From positions 1 through 47,888 of the IMG/VR virus record IMGVR_UViG_3300015263_000331: 47,888 nt of DNA; one strand, given 5' to 3'. How positions within the stretch are numbered: position 1 is the stretch's first letter; the number at the start of each line of letters is the position of its first letter. The position numbers and the translations under genes were made by a program. Positions 15,035 through 25,288 of the stretch are shown piece by piece. The notes under the pieces were generated by a model, which made no database searches, had not been told where the DNA came from, and worked only from the letters and a program-made list of their open reading frames with translations. The DNA is from a virus. Taxonomy: Duplodnaviria > Caudoviricetes.

Positions 15035-15076
15035 GAGCGGGCGGGTCTCTCCCCCCCTATTGGGACTCGCCCGCTC
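15035..15076 (+). other. Intergenic 15-bp hairpin
   Basis: GAGCGGGCGGGTCTC / GGGACTCGCCCGCTC with a C7-containing loop; smaller TTGGGCC-TAAC-GGCCCAA hairpin at 14994-15011. Confidence 0.55.
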
Positions 15077-15096
15077 ACCTTACCCGAGGGCATGTC

Positions 15097-15354
15097 ATGA
15101 GACACAAGATGCGACGCTCCAAGAGCAAGGCCGCTGAGACGGCGGTCACCATCGATCCGTACAGTGGCGACTACTCGTCCCTGCAGGACCCGGTGGACCC
15201 GGACGGGCGCGGTTACACGTCGCCCCGAAGCCCAACGAACCTACGGTACGCACGCTCCCACGAAGAGCTGGCCGGGAGGGGGAGTCCGCCCCTGTCTGCC
15301 GGTCTGAGCATGCGTGAACCTCTGGAGACGGAGGATTACTACACCACGGACTGA
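15097..15354 (+). CDS. Hypothetical protein
   Basis: GAGG SD; fits the operon. Confidence 0.6.
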   Translation: MRHKMRRSKSKAAETAVTIDPYSGDYSSLQDPVDPDGRGYTSPRSPTNLRYARSHEELAGRGSPPLSAGLSMREPLETEDYYTTD

Positions 15355-15368
15355 CAGGAGAAAGGCCA

Positions 15369-15743
15369 ATGGCTGTTAAACGACTGGACCGCAATCGCCG
15401 TTACTCGCAAGTCTATGGCGACGAGGCAGAGAACCCAACACGTCCGCGCAAGTTCTATCAGGACGGCATGTATTTCGATGGAGCGGGCGTAGCCATCGAG
15501 GGGAGCCAAGTTCCCAAGCACACGCCACCGCCGAGCGCGGCAGACGAACCAGATGATGAGGCACCGGTAGGTGTCGACACGCCGGATAACAGTGAGGCGA
15601 TCAAGATGCTGAAGGGGCTGTCCGTTCCCAAGCTGAAGGCGCTCGCAGAGCAGGTCCACGAGGCAACTGGCAAAAAGCTGCCGGAAGGTGGGGCCGGTGT
15701 GAAGAACCGACTGATTGGCTACATCATCGCGAACTCCGAATGA
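15369..15743 (+). CDS. Hypothetical protein with C-terminal Rho-N/HeH-like helical motif
   Basis: LKGLSVPKLKALAE...KNRLIGYII; SD AGGAG. Confidence 0.65.
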   Translation: MAVKRLDRNRRYSQVYGDEAENPTRPRKFYQDGMYFDGAGVAIEGSQVPKHTPPPSAADEPDDEAPVGVDTPDNSEAIKMLKGLSVPKLKALAEQVHEATGKKLPEGGAGVKNRLIGYIIANSE

Positions 15744-15754
15744 GGAGGTAGCGA

Positions 15755-16492
15755 ATGGCTTCGGATACCTATCTTGAGCTGGTATCTGACATGATCATGG
15801 AGACGGGGCTTAACGCAGGTCAAGCCCCGTCTTCCATAGATGCTGCAGAGGATGATGCCAAGAAAGCGGCCTATTGGATTCGCATCGCTGACCTTGAGGT
15901 GCAGCGTGAGCGGATCGATTGGGACTTTCTGTGGGGCATTCACCAGCCGAGCCTGACGCCCAACAGCAACGTGGTACCAGCCCCGGTCGACCAGCCGGAC
16001 CCTGACGACAACAACACCCGCACGGTGCTGATCAATGCCGTAGCCAAGAAGCGGCTGGCGGTCATGAACACCAACGGTGAGGCGTACTTCCCGACATGGT
16101 TGGAGTGGAACGACTTCTCCGTCCTGTACAACTATGAGGTGCAGAGCAACTCTGATTATCCAGCTCATTGGACGATCAGGCCTGACCGGGTAATCATGCT
16201 CTCAAATCCGATTCAGAGTTCAGGTCTCACGTGCAAGTACGAGTACTGGCGCAAGCCGCTTCGTCTGCGCCAGAGCAACGACGTGAGTCGCATTCCAGAT
16301 GATTTCTCACGGATCATCATCCTGCGGGCCAAGATTCTCTACGCCGAGCACGAGGATGCGCCCGAGGTTGACGTGGGTGCCACCGCTGATTACGACATCA
16401 TGCTGGGTCAGATGCTCGCCGTGCATTCCCCTATGGCCCACTGGCAGCGGATGGAAAACAACGACGAATACCTGCAGGTGGAGACTGCGTGA
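15755..16492 (+). CDS. Head-tail adaptor (tail tubular protein A-like)
   Basis: N-terminal TYLELVSDMI, WDFL, IPDDFSRIIILRA motifs typical of podovirus adaptors; position. Confidence 0.75.
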   Translation: MASDTYLELVSDMIMETGLNAGQAPSSIDAAEDDAKKAAYWIRIADLEVQRERIDWDFLWGIHQPSLTPNSNVVPAPVDQPDPDDNNTRTVLINAVAKKRLAVMNTNGEAYFPTWLEWNDFSVLYNYEVQSNSDYPAHWTIRPDRVIMLSNPIQSSGLTCKYEYWRKPLRLRQSNDVSRIPDDFSRIIILRAKILYAEHEDAPEVDVGATADYDIMLGQMLAVHSPMAHWQRMENNDEYLQVETA

Positions 16493-18660
16493 TGTTCCGG
16501 CTCGCTGAAGCCAAGCGAGCAAACAACCGCAGACGTCGAACCACGTCGGTGCGGACATCCGATCGCGTAGTCTTCCGCATGGGCCTAGACCTCGTCTCCT
16601 CCGCCGAGCAGATCGACCCCGGTGCCTTACTGTCCTGCAGGAACTACGAGGTTCAGTACCTGAGCGGCAGGAAAGGGCCGGGAAGCGGTTATCGACGGCT
16701 GGCCGGATTCGAGGTCTTCGATGGCCACCCAAGGCCGCACATGGCCGAATACTGGCGAGTGGACCTGTCCTCAATAGCGGGCGGGCCCTTCGTTTACGGC
16801 GAGACCGTGACGGACGGTGTGGAGACAGCCATCGTGGTGGCTTACGTGGTTGACGAGGCTGCTGCCGATGACACCGGCTATATCATCATTACCGACCTGA
16901 CCAACGACGTCGACGAAGGCGCAACATGGACAGGCAACACCTCAGGAGCCACCGCCTACGGCGCTGGCAGCACCGAGTATCAAGGACAGGAAGACGAGGA
17001 CCTGCACGACGCCGCCCAGTTGCTGGCCGAAGACTATCGCCGAGCGTTCATCCAGAAGGTGGGTGAAGGGCTCTGTGAAGGCCCGGTGCGCGGAGTCCAC
17101 GTCTACAATGACACCGTGTACGCTTTCCGTGATCTGATTGGCGGAACAGGCGGCTCCATGTGGCGCAGCACGGTCTCTGGCTGGGAGCAGATCGATCTCG
17201 GCTGGCAGGTGCGCTTCGAACAGGGGGAGAAACAACCGAACGAGGGGGATACCTTGACCGGTGTGTCAAGTGGGGCCTCGTGTGTCATACGAAGGATCGT
17301 CAGCACCAGCGGCATGTGGGCGGGTGGCGACGGCGTCGGGTATTTCGTGACCGACACCATTGTCAACGGGCCTTTCGTTTCGGGTGAAGACCTGCAGGTA
17401 TCCGGGGTCAAGATAGCGATCAGCAATACCGCTCTGGCGCAGCAGCAGCAGTCCATCGCCACGGGCGGGAAATACAGCTTCCGCAACTACAACTTCGGTG
17501 GTCACACCTCGACCTATCGCATGTATGGCGTTAATGGTGTCAGCAATGCGTTCGAGTTTGACGGCACCTACTTTGTACCGATCGAGACTGGCATGGCCTT
17601 TGACCAGCCGATCCTCATCGGCGTCCATCGTGGCCAGATGCTGCTGGCCTACGTGGGCGGTTCGCTGCAGCACTCCGGCAAGAACAACCCGCTCTCGTTT
17701 CAGCCCGTGCTTGGGGCGAACGAGATCACGGCTGGAGATGAGATCGTCGGCTTCATCGAGGAAATCGGCGACGTGTCCTTCGTGTTCACCCGCAACAAGA
17801 CCTACCGGCTGGAGGGCTTCGTGCAGGAGAACATCCAGCTCAAGCTGCATAATTCGGAGACCGGGGCGCTGGCCAACTCGATCCAGCGGATCGGGCGGTC
17901 GATCTACCTCGATGACCGTGGCTTCACGCAGCTCCCGACCACGGATGCTTTCGGTGACTTCGCCTCGAACCAGATCAGTCAGGCCATCAGCACGCTGGTG
18001 CAGTCTTTTCTGGCTACCTCGGATATCGAGACCTCGATCATCAACCGGACCCAGAGCCTGTACCGCTGCTTCTTCGAGAATCAGGGCGCAATCTCGATCT
18101 GTTTCTCGGGTAACAAGAGCATCGGCATCACGGCCATCGACTACGGCCTGAGCGTCAGCGGCTCGGCCAATGGCAACATGAACAACGAGAACGGCAAGAA
18201 GGTCGAACGCCTGTTCCTGTGCGACAACGATGGCTGGGTCTACGAGATCGACGTGGGGCGCAACTTCAACGGCCAGCCCATGGAGGCGTACTTCGTGACG
18301 GCCTATCACTTCTCAGGGTCGTCAGAGCACAACAAGCGCTACCGGAGAGCGACCGTCTATGTCACTGGCGAAGGGAGAACTACGCTTCGAGTATCGGCGG
18401 ACTACGACTACAACGAAGCGCCGACTAACTTCGAGCGTATCCTCGATGAGGCCATTCCCCTTGGTGGTGGTCGATACGGCATTGATCGACACAATCAGTT
18501 TCTCTATTCACGGGCCTCGGAAGGCGACGTTCGTGTTCCGATGGATTCGCACGCCCGGAACGTCAGTCTCATCGTCTACCACAAGGAGGTGAACGAGAAC
18601 CCGCACGTTGTCCACGCTGTTCATTATCACGTCAGCCCAAGGAAGATCATCAGACGCTAA
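16489..18660 (+). CDS. Tail nozzle / DNA-stabilisation protein (P22 gp10 or T7 gp12-like)
   Basis: 723 aa, beta-propeller-like; GYRRLAGF near the N-terminus, NKRYRR near the C-terminus; follows the adaptor. Confidence 0.78.
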   Translation: MMFRLAEAKRANNRRRRTTSVRTSDRVVFRMGLDLVSSAEQIDPGALLSCRNYEVQYLSGRKGPGSGYRRLAGFEVFDGHPRPHMAEYWRVDLSSIAGGPFVYGETVTDGVETAIVVAYVVDEAAADDTGYIIITDLTNDVDEGATWTGNTSGATAYGAGSTEYQGQEDEDLHDAAQLLAEDYRRAFIQKVGEGLCEGPVRGVHVYNDTVYAFRDLIGGTGGSMWRSTVSGWEQIDLGWQVRFEQGEKQPNEGDTLTGVSSGASCVIRRIVSTSGMWAGGDGVGYFVTDTIVNGPFVSGEDLQVSGVKIAISNTALAQQQQSIATGGKYSFRNYNFGGHTSTYRMYGVNGVSNAFEFDGTYFVPIETGMAFDQPILIGVHRGQMLLAYVGGSLQHSGKNNPLSFQPVLGANEITAGDEIVGFIEEIGDVSFVFTRNKTYRLEGFVQENIQLKLHNSETGALANSIQRIGRSIYLDDRGFTQLPTTDAFGDFASNQISQAISTLVQSFLATSDIETSIINRTQSLYRCFFENQGAISICFSGNKSIGITAIDYGLSVSGSANGNMNNENGKKVERLFLCDNDGWVYEIDVGRNFNGQPMEAYFVTAYHFSGSSEHNKRYRRATVYVTGEGRTTLRVSADYDYNEAPTNFERILDEAIPLGGGRYGIDRHNQFLYSRASEGDVRVPMDSHARNVSLIVYHKEVNENPHVVHAVHYHVSPRKIIRR

Positions 18661-19232
18661 TGGCCGCTCTCGAACCGTATACCAATACCTACACCGACGT
18701 CGCTGATTCGATCATGGACGCCGATGACCTCGTGGCCGAGTTCTGGCGCGTGGCGTACTTCCTTGCGCTCTGGGGCGAGGGCGTCGAAGCCATTGGCCGC
18801 AAGGATGAGTACACCCTGTACATCGAGGAAATCGAGGGGCAACTGGCTGAGATTCTGCCCGCCCGTGGGCTGATCCAGCGCTTGGAAGTCAGCTACGACA
18901 CCGAGCAGTTCGAGGTATCGATCCAGCCGCACACCGTGGGAGCGCCGTTCAGGGTCTATATCGTGATCCGTTGCGCCAACCCGAACACCCGGTTTACGGT
19001 TTCAGCCCCTGCCGGAGAGAGCCACGTCTTCAGCGTGCAACGCACTCAGCAGGAGTTCCAGTCCACGGCTGAGCGGTTCATGCCGTCGCAGGTGATCGCT
19101 GACGGTTGGTACACCGCCACGGTGATCGTGACCTACGGTAGCGAGAAGGGCGTCAAGGTAATCGTGCATTCCGCCAACCCGGAGGAAGAGGTGGTGGACT
19201 TCAACGACGTACTGAGTACGAGGCCGGTCTGA
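18660..19232 (+). CDS. Tail-associated protein with fibre-anchor-like N-terminus
   Basis: TAATG coupling; ADDLVAEFWRV motif shared with the next two genes. Confidence 0.7.
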   Translation: MAALEPYTNTYTDVADSIMDADDLVAEFWRVAYFLALWGEGVEAIGRKDEYTLYIEEIEGQLAEILPARGLIQRLEVSYDTEQFEVSIQPHTVGAPFRVYIVIRCANPNTRFTVSAPAGESHVFSVQRTQQEFQSTAERFMPSQVIADGWYTATVIVTYGSEKGVKVIVHSANPEEEVVDFNDVLSTRPV

Positions 19233-19816
19233 TGCCACTGCCAGCAGAATGCATCTACATCCCGCAGATCACTGCCGAGTTTGGCAAGACGATCACCAAC
19301 GAGGAAATCGACCGGGAGTTTCAGGAGATCGAGCGGGTCTTCAATTGCTTCGAAGAAGCGATCGGCAGCTACACCTCGGAGGAGACCAACATCCACGATT
19401 ACGGGGTAATCGACAACTCGTACACCCTGACCCCGGCTTTCGGCATCCTGCAGTACATGGAGCTGCTGGGAGACGTAGAGCTGGAGATGGACATCCCCGG
19501 TGAGGATGATCCCAAGCTGATCACACTGATCATTGCCAACGCAGGCTCCATCGAGCTGGGCACTTACGGGCGTTTCAACTTCAAGAGCGGTACCACGTGG
19601 TCGGCGGATCGGGACCTGCCGATGGATGGCAAGCCGTGGAACATGTGGGCCAACCTTGACAGCACCGAGACCGGCACCCAGTACCCCGGCTTCTATGGCG
19701 GAATCGTGAACTGCATCTGGGATGGCGTGGGCTGGGTTCACCTCGTTTATGCCCGTCACCATCTGAACATCTTCGTCCCCACTCCCGATCCAGACGACAT
19801 CTACGACTGGCTGTGA
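19232..19816 (+). CDS. Tail-associated protein with fibre-anchor-like N-terminus
   Basis: NEEIDREFQEIERVF; TLTPAFGILQYMEL segment parallels the next gene. Confidence 0.7.
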   Translation: MPLPAECIYIPQITAEFGKTITNEEIDREFQEIERVFNCFEEAIGSYTSEETNIHDYGVIDNSYTLTPAFGILQYMELLGDVELEMDIPGEDDPKLITLIIANAGSIELGTYGRFNFKSGTTWSADRDLPMDGKPWNMWANLDSTETGTQYPGFYGGIVNCIWDGVGWVHLVYARHHLNIFVPTPDPDDIYDWL

Positions 19817-19817
19817 C

Positions 19818-22724
19818 GTGGCGCTCTATATCAACAACTTCAGGGGGCGTGCCGGTCGGCTGGAACAGGCTAAGCACATCGTGCGCGAGTTCGACGCCAT
19901 CGAGGCGGCGTTTGCCAAGCTGCAGGCCCTCAACGTTGCGTCTTACCTGACGATCTACACCAACTCGACGGTGCTGACAGGCACGGTCACGATCCAGCCG
20001 GACAACGGCTACCTGCAGGAACTGACCCTGACCTCGGATACTTCGATCGAGATCGCCGTGCCGTTGAACGAGAGCCAGTACCGTCTATGCCTGCTGATCC
20101 ATGGCTCGGGCTACACGGTGACCAACCTGTGGGGCGCTCAGACATGGAAAGAGTACGGTCTCGGGAGCTGGTGGGACCTGTACTGCGGGAACGGCGAATA
20201 CGCCTCGATGATGCTGGAGTTCTACTGGGACATCTGTGACCACACATGGATTTGCGTGGCGTTCTCCAAGAACCAGATGAACACCTTCGTGGCAGGTACG
20301 GCGCAGCGCTTCTATCCGCTGCACTGCAACCTGTGGAACATCGAGCATGACGATCAGCTTGGCTTCAGCCGTGCCAGCTTCGGCATGACCATCGACGACC
20401 ATCAGGCCTATCACTTCCTCAGGAACGAGGAACCCCGCTTTCATGGTGCGCGATACATCGACAACTGGTGCGCCACGCCCAGCGACCTGACCAGTGTAGG
20501 GTGGACCCCGACCGACTGCACTGTCACCACGGACACAGGCGCGGGGCCTTCAGGACAGGACGTACAGCGGTTGAGCTTTGATGTCACTGGTGGCCGCTTG
20601 GCAGCGTACGTCCTGCCTGCCTTTGGTCGGGCCTCGACGCAGGCCGATTCGATCAAGGTGGCGGTCCGGTTCAAGGGGCAGGGGGTGAACGGGCCTGAGA
20701 GCGTCCGGGTTCGCGCTGCGTTCATGGGTAAGGTCACGCTCGACCCTCCGGTGCATGATCAGGTGCAAGTGGACATGACGGCGAGCTGGGAGGAATACGG
20801 CTGCGTGCTGGACGTGACCAAGGAGGACAACGCCACCACCTCGATGGCGCTGGACCGTGAATACCCACGGACCCTGATCGAAATCGCCTTTGTAAGCCCC
20901 TCAGGCAGCGCAGGAGGCGATATCAGGATCACGGACGTGCAGTTCGAGGTCCTGAGGGGTACGGACGAGGAGACGGTACAGGAGATTGTTGACGGCGGGA
21001 TCGGGGCCTCGATGACCCTGACGTCTTCTGGAACCGGTTCATGGGTCGATGGCACCAAGACCATGACGCTGGCCACTCCCGGCGAGTATGTCGATTTCTC
21101 AGCCAATCTGGAGGTGGGCAAGTCGTACCTCGTGCATCCCCGGCTGCAAAGCGGCGATGCCTGCGACATTCGCATGGTCAATGAGCTGACCGTGTGGGCG
21201 GCTGGGCTGGTTTCAGACGACCTGTACCTGCAAGACGCGCCGTTCGTGTTCCAGTACGACGGTGGCATCCTGAAGTTCGTGCTGGTCGAGGGCACCTCCT
21301 CGATCTACCTCGTGGACATCTACGAGCTGACCGGGCAGCACAGCGTATCCTGCTACCAGAATCTGACTGCAGTGAGCGACAACGGTGCGCTGTTCGAGGC
21401 GATCGCTGATCCGCCGATCCCGGTTTCATCCGGCATTCTTGATGGCGTGGCCCGTGAGATCGCATCGAGCAACCTGATCCCATATGCGTTCTTCCGCACG
21501 TTCACAGCGTGGGATCAGGCGGGGCTGACAGGGCACGCCGTCAACGACTGCCGGACCCCCGTCTTCCAGAGCGAATACGGCATCGACCAGTGGCCAGCAC
21601 GGGCGACGATCCTACAGGGCGCGAGCACGGTCACGGACGGCTTCATTCAGCGCCTGTTCTCGATCCCGGCATCAGTCCAAAGCTACGACTTCCAGATGTG
21701 GATCAGGCGCACGTTCGACGAGGAAGGTAACCAGATTTACTTCCCCCAGCACAACGACGTGAAGACGCCGATCTCGCGCTACGTTGATTTCGAGGCCGAG
21801 CTGACGGGCGGCAGCAGCATTATTGGTGGGCCGCGCATCCGTCTGGACCTGCAGACCGGCAACTTCGTCACCTCTGATGACACCGCTTACGATGGGCTGG
21901 GTATCTACGAATGGGATGACTGGTACCACATCGTCGTGCAGATATCGAACGACGGTACCCATACCGGCTTCCGGGTACGGGTGTACCCGTCCAGCGCCGA
22001 CGATCCTGATCCCAACGTGATCGATGTCACCAATACCGGCTGGGTGATCATCGACTGGGCACAATTCGAGGTCACGGGTGGCACTTACGGCGGCAGTTCG
22101 CCCATCATCGGCGCGATGACACGGGACGTAGAGGACTTCACCTCAGGCCTGCAGGATGGCTATTTCTACCGGCTTGACAACATGACGCTGGTAGCGACCC
22201 TGACGGCGGGGGATTTGATCTGGGTTAATGCGGACGGCGTATATGAGAACTTGCTCTATAGCACCAGCCTGCAGGAAGCCTCGGTGGTCTCGCGCAACAT
22301 GCACGAGTTCGGTCTGGTGGAGGCTGAAACACCCGCATTGCCAAACCTCGTAGTTGCCACCACCACGCCTTATCCGATTGAGGCGGTCGAGGCACTGGAT
22401 TTCAGTGTGACGCTGGAATCTTCGCTGTTCATGACCATCCCCTTCGCGGAGTTTGATGTCAGCTTCGCGTTCCAGTCAGGCACGCTGGAGCAAATACTGC
22501 TATCAGCCCCGACGCAGACGGCTGACTTTGATACCTCGTTCACCCTCAATACTGCGGTTCTGAATGATTTGCTGTTGGTGATTTCGCCTCAAGAGGCAGC
22601 ATTCGACACCTCGTTCGCATTTCTTTCCGGTGAGCTGGTCTCGAAGCTGGTTTCCGCCTTTGCCCCAGACGAGGCACTGGATTTCTCGCTTTCCCTGATC
22701 GATGGGACACTGACGACGGTATAA
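19818..22724 (+). CDS. Large tail fibre or spike protein
   Basis: 968 aa; AKHIVREFDAIEAAF anchor; FSRAS...PRFHGAR fibre-domain motif; C-terminal ~25-aa repeats. Confidence 0.75.
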   Translation: MALYINNFRGRAGRLEQAKHIVREFDAIEAAFAKLQALNVASYLTIYTNSTVLTGTVTIQPDNGYLQELTLTSDTSIEIAVPLNESQYRLCLLIHGSGYTVTNLWGAQTWKEYGLGSWWDLYCGNGEYASMMLEFYWDICDHTWICVAFSKNQMNTFVAGTAQRFYPLHCNLWNIEHDDQLGFSRASFGMTIDDHQAYHFLRNEEPRFHGARYIDNWCATPSDLTSVGWTPTDCTVTTDTGAGPSGQDVQRLSFDVTGGRLAAYVLPAFGRASTQADSIKVAVRFKGQGVNGPESVRVRAAFMGKVTLDPPVHDQVQVDMTASWEEYGCVLDVTKEDNATTSMALDREYPRTLIEIAFVSPSGSAGGDIRITDVQFEVLRGTDEETVQEIVDGGIGASMTLTSSGTGSWVDGTKTMTLATPGEYVDFSANLEVGKSYLVHPRLQSGDACDIRMVNELTVWAAGLVSDDLYLQDAPFVFQYDGGILKFVLVEGTSSIYLVDIYELTGQHSVSCYQNLTAVSDNGALFEAIADPPIPVSSGILDGVAREIASSNLIPYAFFRTFTAWDQAGLTGHAVNDCRTPVFQSEYGIDQWPARATILQGASTVTDGFIQRLFSIPASVQSYDFQMWIRRTFDEEGNQIYFPQHNDVKTPISRYVDFEAELTGGSSIIGGPRIRLDLQTGNFVTSDDTAYDGLGIYEWDDWYHIVVQISNDGTHTGFRVRVYPSSADDPDPNVIDVTNTGWVIIDWAQFEVTGGTYGGSSPIIGAMTRDVEDFTSGLQDGYFYRLDNMTLVATLTAGDLIWVNADGVYENLLYSTSLQEASVVSRNMHEFGLVEAETPALPNLVVATTTPYPIEAVEALDFSVTLESSLFMTIPFAEFDVSFAFQSGTLEQILLSAPTQTADFDTSFTLNTAVLNDLLLVISPQEAAFDTSFAFLSGELVSKLVSAFAPDEALDFSLSLIDGTLTTV

Positions 22725-22728
22725 GGAT

Positions 22729-23694
22729 ATGACTTTTCGAATTGGTAAATACAAGGATTTGATCGTTCCGCTGGGGACCTTCCACAACAAGATCGGCGGC
22801 GAGTTTCGGGTGATCCTGCGAGACCTGCAGGAGCGGGTGCTCTATGACTCGGGGTGGAGGCATAACCTAATTCTCGATCAGGGGCTGGATCGGATTGCAA
22901 ACGCTTCGATCGCTACCTATGGCCATATCGGCAGCAGCTCCACGCCAGCGGCGGTTACAGATACCACCTTGGGGTCTGAGCTGGCTCGCTCCAACTCCAG
23001 CGATCCCAACTTCTACTATCAGGACCCGATCCCTGCGGGACCACCGGACTACTACAACTACAAGACACAGTATTTTCGCTTTAATGCTGGTGTGGGAACG
23101 GGGACGGTCAGGGAGGTAGGTTGCGGCACCACACCCGACACCCTGATCGATGTCCGGCATGTGCTGGGAACGCCTATCGTCAAGGCCGCACAGAATGTGC
23201 TTGATGTCTATTACCGCTATTCAGCCTATCCAGACCTGACCGACGATGTGGGTCAGGTGACGCTGGACGGTGTGCTCTACGATTACACTGGCAGAGCCGC
23301 TGATGTTGGCCTCTCCAGTTATCAACTGGAGGATGGAAGGAGCGCTGGTCCGGTTAGTTATCCATCGGATATTGGTACCTATCGTTATTTCACGGACGGC
23401 ATGGCGTTGGGGTCCATCACCGGCCTACCGACAGGTGGAACACCGTCCATCGGTCTGGCCTACCTGACCAAGTCGACATCCACCTACGTGGCGAGTAATC
23501 ACTACCTTGATTTCTCATGGTTCATTGATCTGGATGGAGCGAATGATCCCAGTGGTTTTCGGGGCTTGGTGACGCCGCTCTGGCTCAACTATATCCAGTA
23601 CATCTTCTCCGCCAATTCTGGTGGCGGGACGATCCCGAAAACCAATACGAAGACGCTTTCCTTCACATGGAGGGTGAGCTGGTCGAGGCACTGA
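22729..23694 (+). CDS. Tail tip or structural protein, paralogue A
   Basis: NLILDQGLD...FRFNAGVGTGTVREVG...IPKTNTKTLSFTWRVSWSR. Confidence 0.75.
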   Translation: MTFRIGKYKDLIVPLGTFHNKIGGEFRVILRDLQERVLYDSGWRHNLILDQGLDRIANASIATYGHIGSSSTPAAVTDTTLGSELARSNSSDPNFYYQDPIPAGPPDYYNYKTQYFRFNAGVGTGTVREVGCGTTPDTLIDVRHVLGTPIVKAAQNVLDVYYRYSAYPDLTDDVGQVTLDGVLYDYTGRAADVGLSSYQLEDGRSAGPVSYPSDIGTYRYFTDGMALGSITGLPTGGTPSIGLAYLTKSTSTYVASNHYLDFSWFIDLDGANDPSGFRGLVTPLWLNYIQYIFSANSGGGTIPKTNTKTLSFTWRVSWSRH

Positions 23695-23695
23695 T

Positions 23696-24673
23696 ATGCA
23701 TATTCAGACACATAGGGATATTGTCGGCGACCGACCCATCCTGATACCGATCGGGGTCAAGGGCTTCGTCAAGATCGTCGGGATCAATAAGTTCACCGGA
23801 CGCAGGCGCGTACTGGCGAACTGGTTCCCGAATAAGGTTCTGGACACCGGCAGGAATTACATCGGCAGCAACAATGGCTGGATGGATTACTGTCAGGTTG
23901 GGACGGACAACACGACGCCGACAGCGGGCGACACAGGCCTGATCGAATGGTTCGCCGGGACAAGCACGAAATATACGGATGTGAACTCGGCCCAGCCGTC
24001 TTCTCCGTACTATGGCTACCGCAGGATTACTTACCGTTTCGCCCAAGGCAGCACAGCAACGAACCTGTCGGAGGTGGGTGTGGGCTGGGGGTTATCAGCC
24101 GGAGCTAACCTGTTCTCTCGTGCCCTCATTGTCGACCAGTTCGGTAGCACCACCACGGTAACACCGCTGGCCGATGAGATTCTGGAGGTCACCTACGAGC
24201 TGCGGTATTACCCCCCAACTTCTGACGTGAATGGCACGATCGTACTTGATGGCCAGACGTATGACACTGTGATCCGGGCCTCCGAGGTGAACTCCACTAC
24301 GTGGCAGTGTGACTTCATTGGGACGATGGTTGGTATCTATTCCAATGGAACGGGCGACTGGAGCGCATGGGATGGAACGCTGGGTACAATCATTCAGGCT
24401 CCTAACGGCAGTTCACAGGGCATCGACAATGCCGCCAACGTCAGCAATGTTGCGTACGCGAACAACTCGTACCAGCGTGACATGATCGCTAATTGCGGGA
24501 TCAATGGCTGGAACCTCGGGGCTGGTATTCGCAGCATCCGCATCAGGACCACTGCCGGGTCTTTCCAGACTCAGTTCAGCAACCAGTCTGGAGGCACCAC
24601 GATCCCCAAGACCGTTGCCCAGACCTTGAGCCTGACATGGCGTATTGCATGGGTGGAGGGTGTCGCAGCGTGA
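23696..24673 (+). CDS. Tail tip or structural protein, paralogue B
   Basis: NKVLDTGRN...YRFAQGSTATNLSEVG...IPKTVAQTLSLTWRIAW; collinear with the previous gene. Confidence 0.75.
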   Translation: MHIQTHRDIVGDRPILIPIGVKGFVKIVGINKFTGRRRVLANWFPNKVLDTGRNYIGSNNGWMDYCQVGTDNTTPTAGDTGLIEWFAGTSTKYTDVNSAQPSSPYYGYRRITYRFAQGSTATNLSEVGVGWGLSAGANLFSRALIVDQFGSTTTVTPLADEILEVTYELRYYPPTSDVNGTIVLDGQTYDTVIRASEVNSTTWQCDFIGTMVGIYSNGTGDWSAWDGTLGTIIQAPNGSSQGIDNAANVSNVAYANNSYQRDMIANCGINGWNLGAGIRSIRIRTTAGSFQTQFSNQSGGTTIPKTVAQTLSLTWRIAWVEGVAA

Positions 24674-25278
24674 CGATCCGAGAGCACAGGCTGTCGACGC
24701 AAGTAGTCGCCGGTACTTTTCTTGACCCGGATGGCCGTGATCGCCAACTGGATGAGGATTACGAGTTAGGGCCGCTCGCGCCCAATGACACCTCGCTGGG
24801 GATCGCTTATCAGCCATGGCACCTGACGTGGGATGGTGGGACCGGTGACTTTACGATCACCCCGGAGACTGCGGGGACGCCGGTAGCCGTGCTCAATGCT
24901 GCCGGGGTAACCCAGTGCTCACTGGCGTTCGACAACAACGCCCATGTCAATATCGCCTATACCGCGAACGGCAATGCCTATCTGTACTGGTACGACACAC
25001 TAATCACGAACTGGACGACGACTAACTTCGGCCCGGATTTCATCACGCCAACCCTGACGCTGGACGATAAACGGGATACTCAGTCAGTGATCAATGACAT
25101 CATCCTCTGGTACACGAAACTGAACCCGGACGGAGAAACCTACAACCTCTATACTCGTGAGCAGCGCGATCGGTTCCTGACGCCATACGACATGGGGGCA
25201 TTCCAGCCTTACCTCTATAAAATAGGCATGGACAGCGGGCTGCGGATTCAGATAGCTGGATCGAGCTTCATTTTCTGA
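24670..25278 (+). CDS. Tail-associated structural protein (DYELG...ND family)
   Basis: GTG 24670 after GGAGGG, GTGA coupling; DYELGPLAPNDTS, SLAFDNN, LYWYD, TLDDKR, REQRDRF motifs. Confidence 0.75.
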   Translation: MTIREHRLSTQVVAGTFLDPDGRDRQLDEDYELGPLAPNDTSLGIAYQPWHLTWDGGTGDFTITPETAGTPVAVLNAAGVTQCSLAFDNNAHVNIAYTANGNAYLYWYDTLITNWTTTNFGPDFITPTLTLDDKRDTQSVINDIILWYTKLNPDGETYNLYTREQRDRFLTPYDMGAFQPYLYKIGMDSGLRIQIAGSSFIF

Positions 25279-25288
25279 GGACAGAGTT

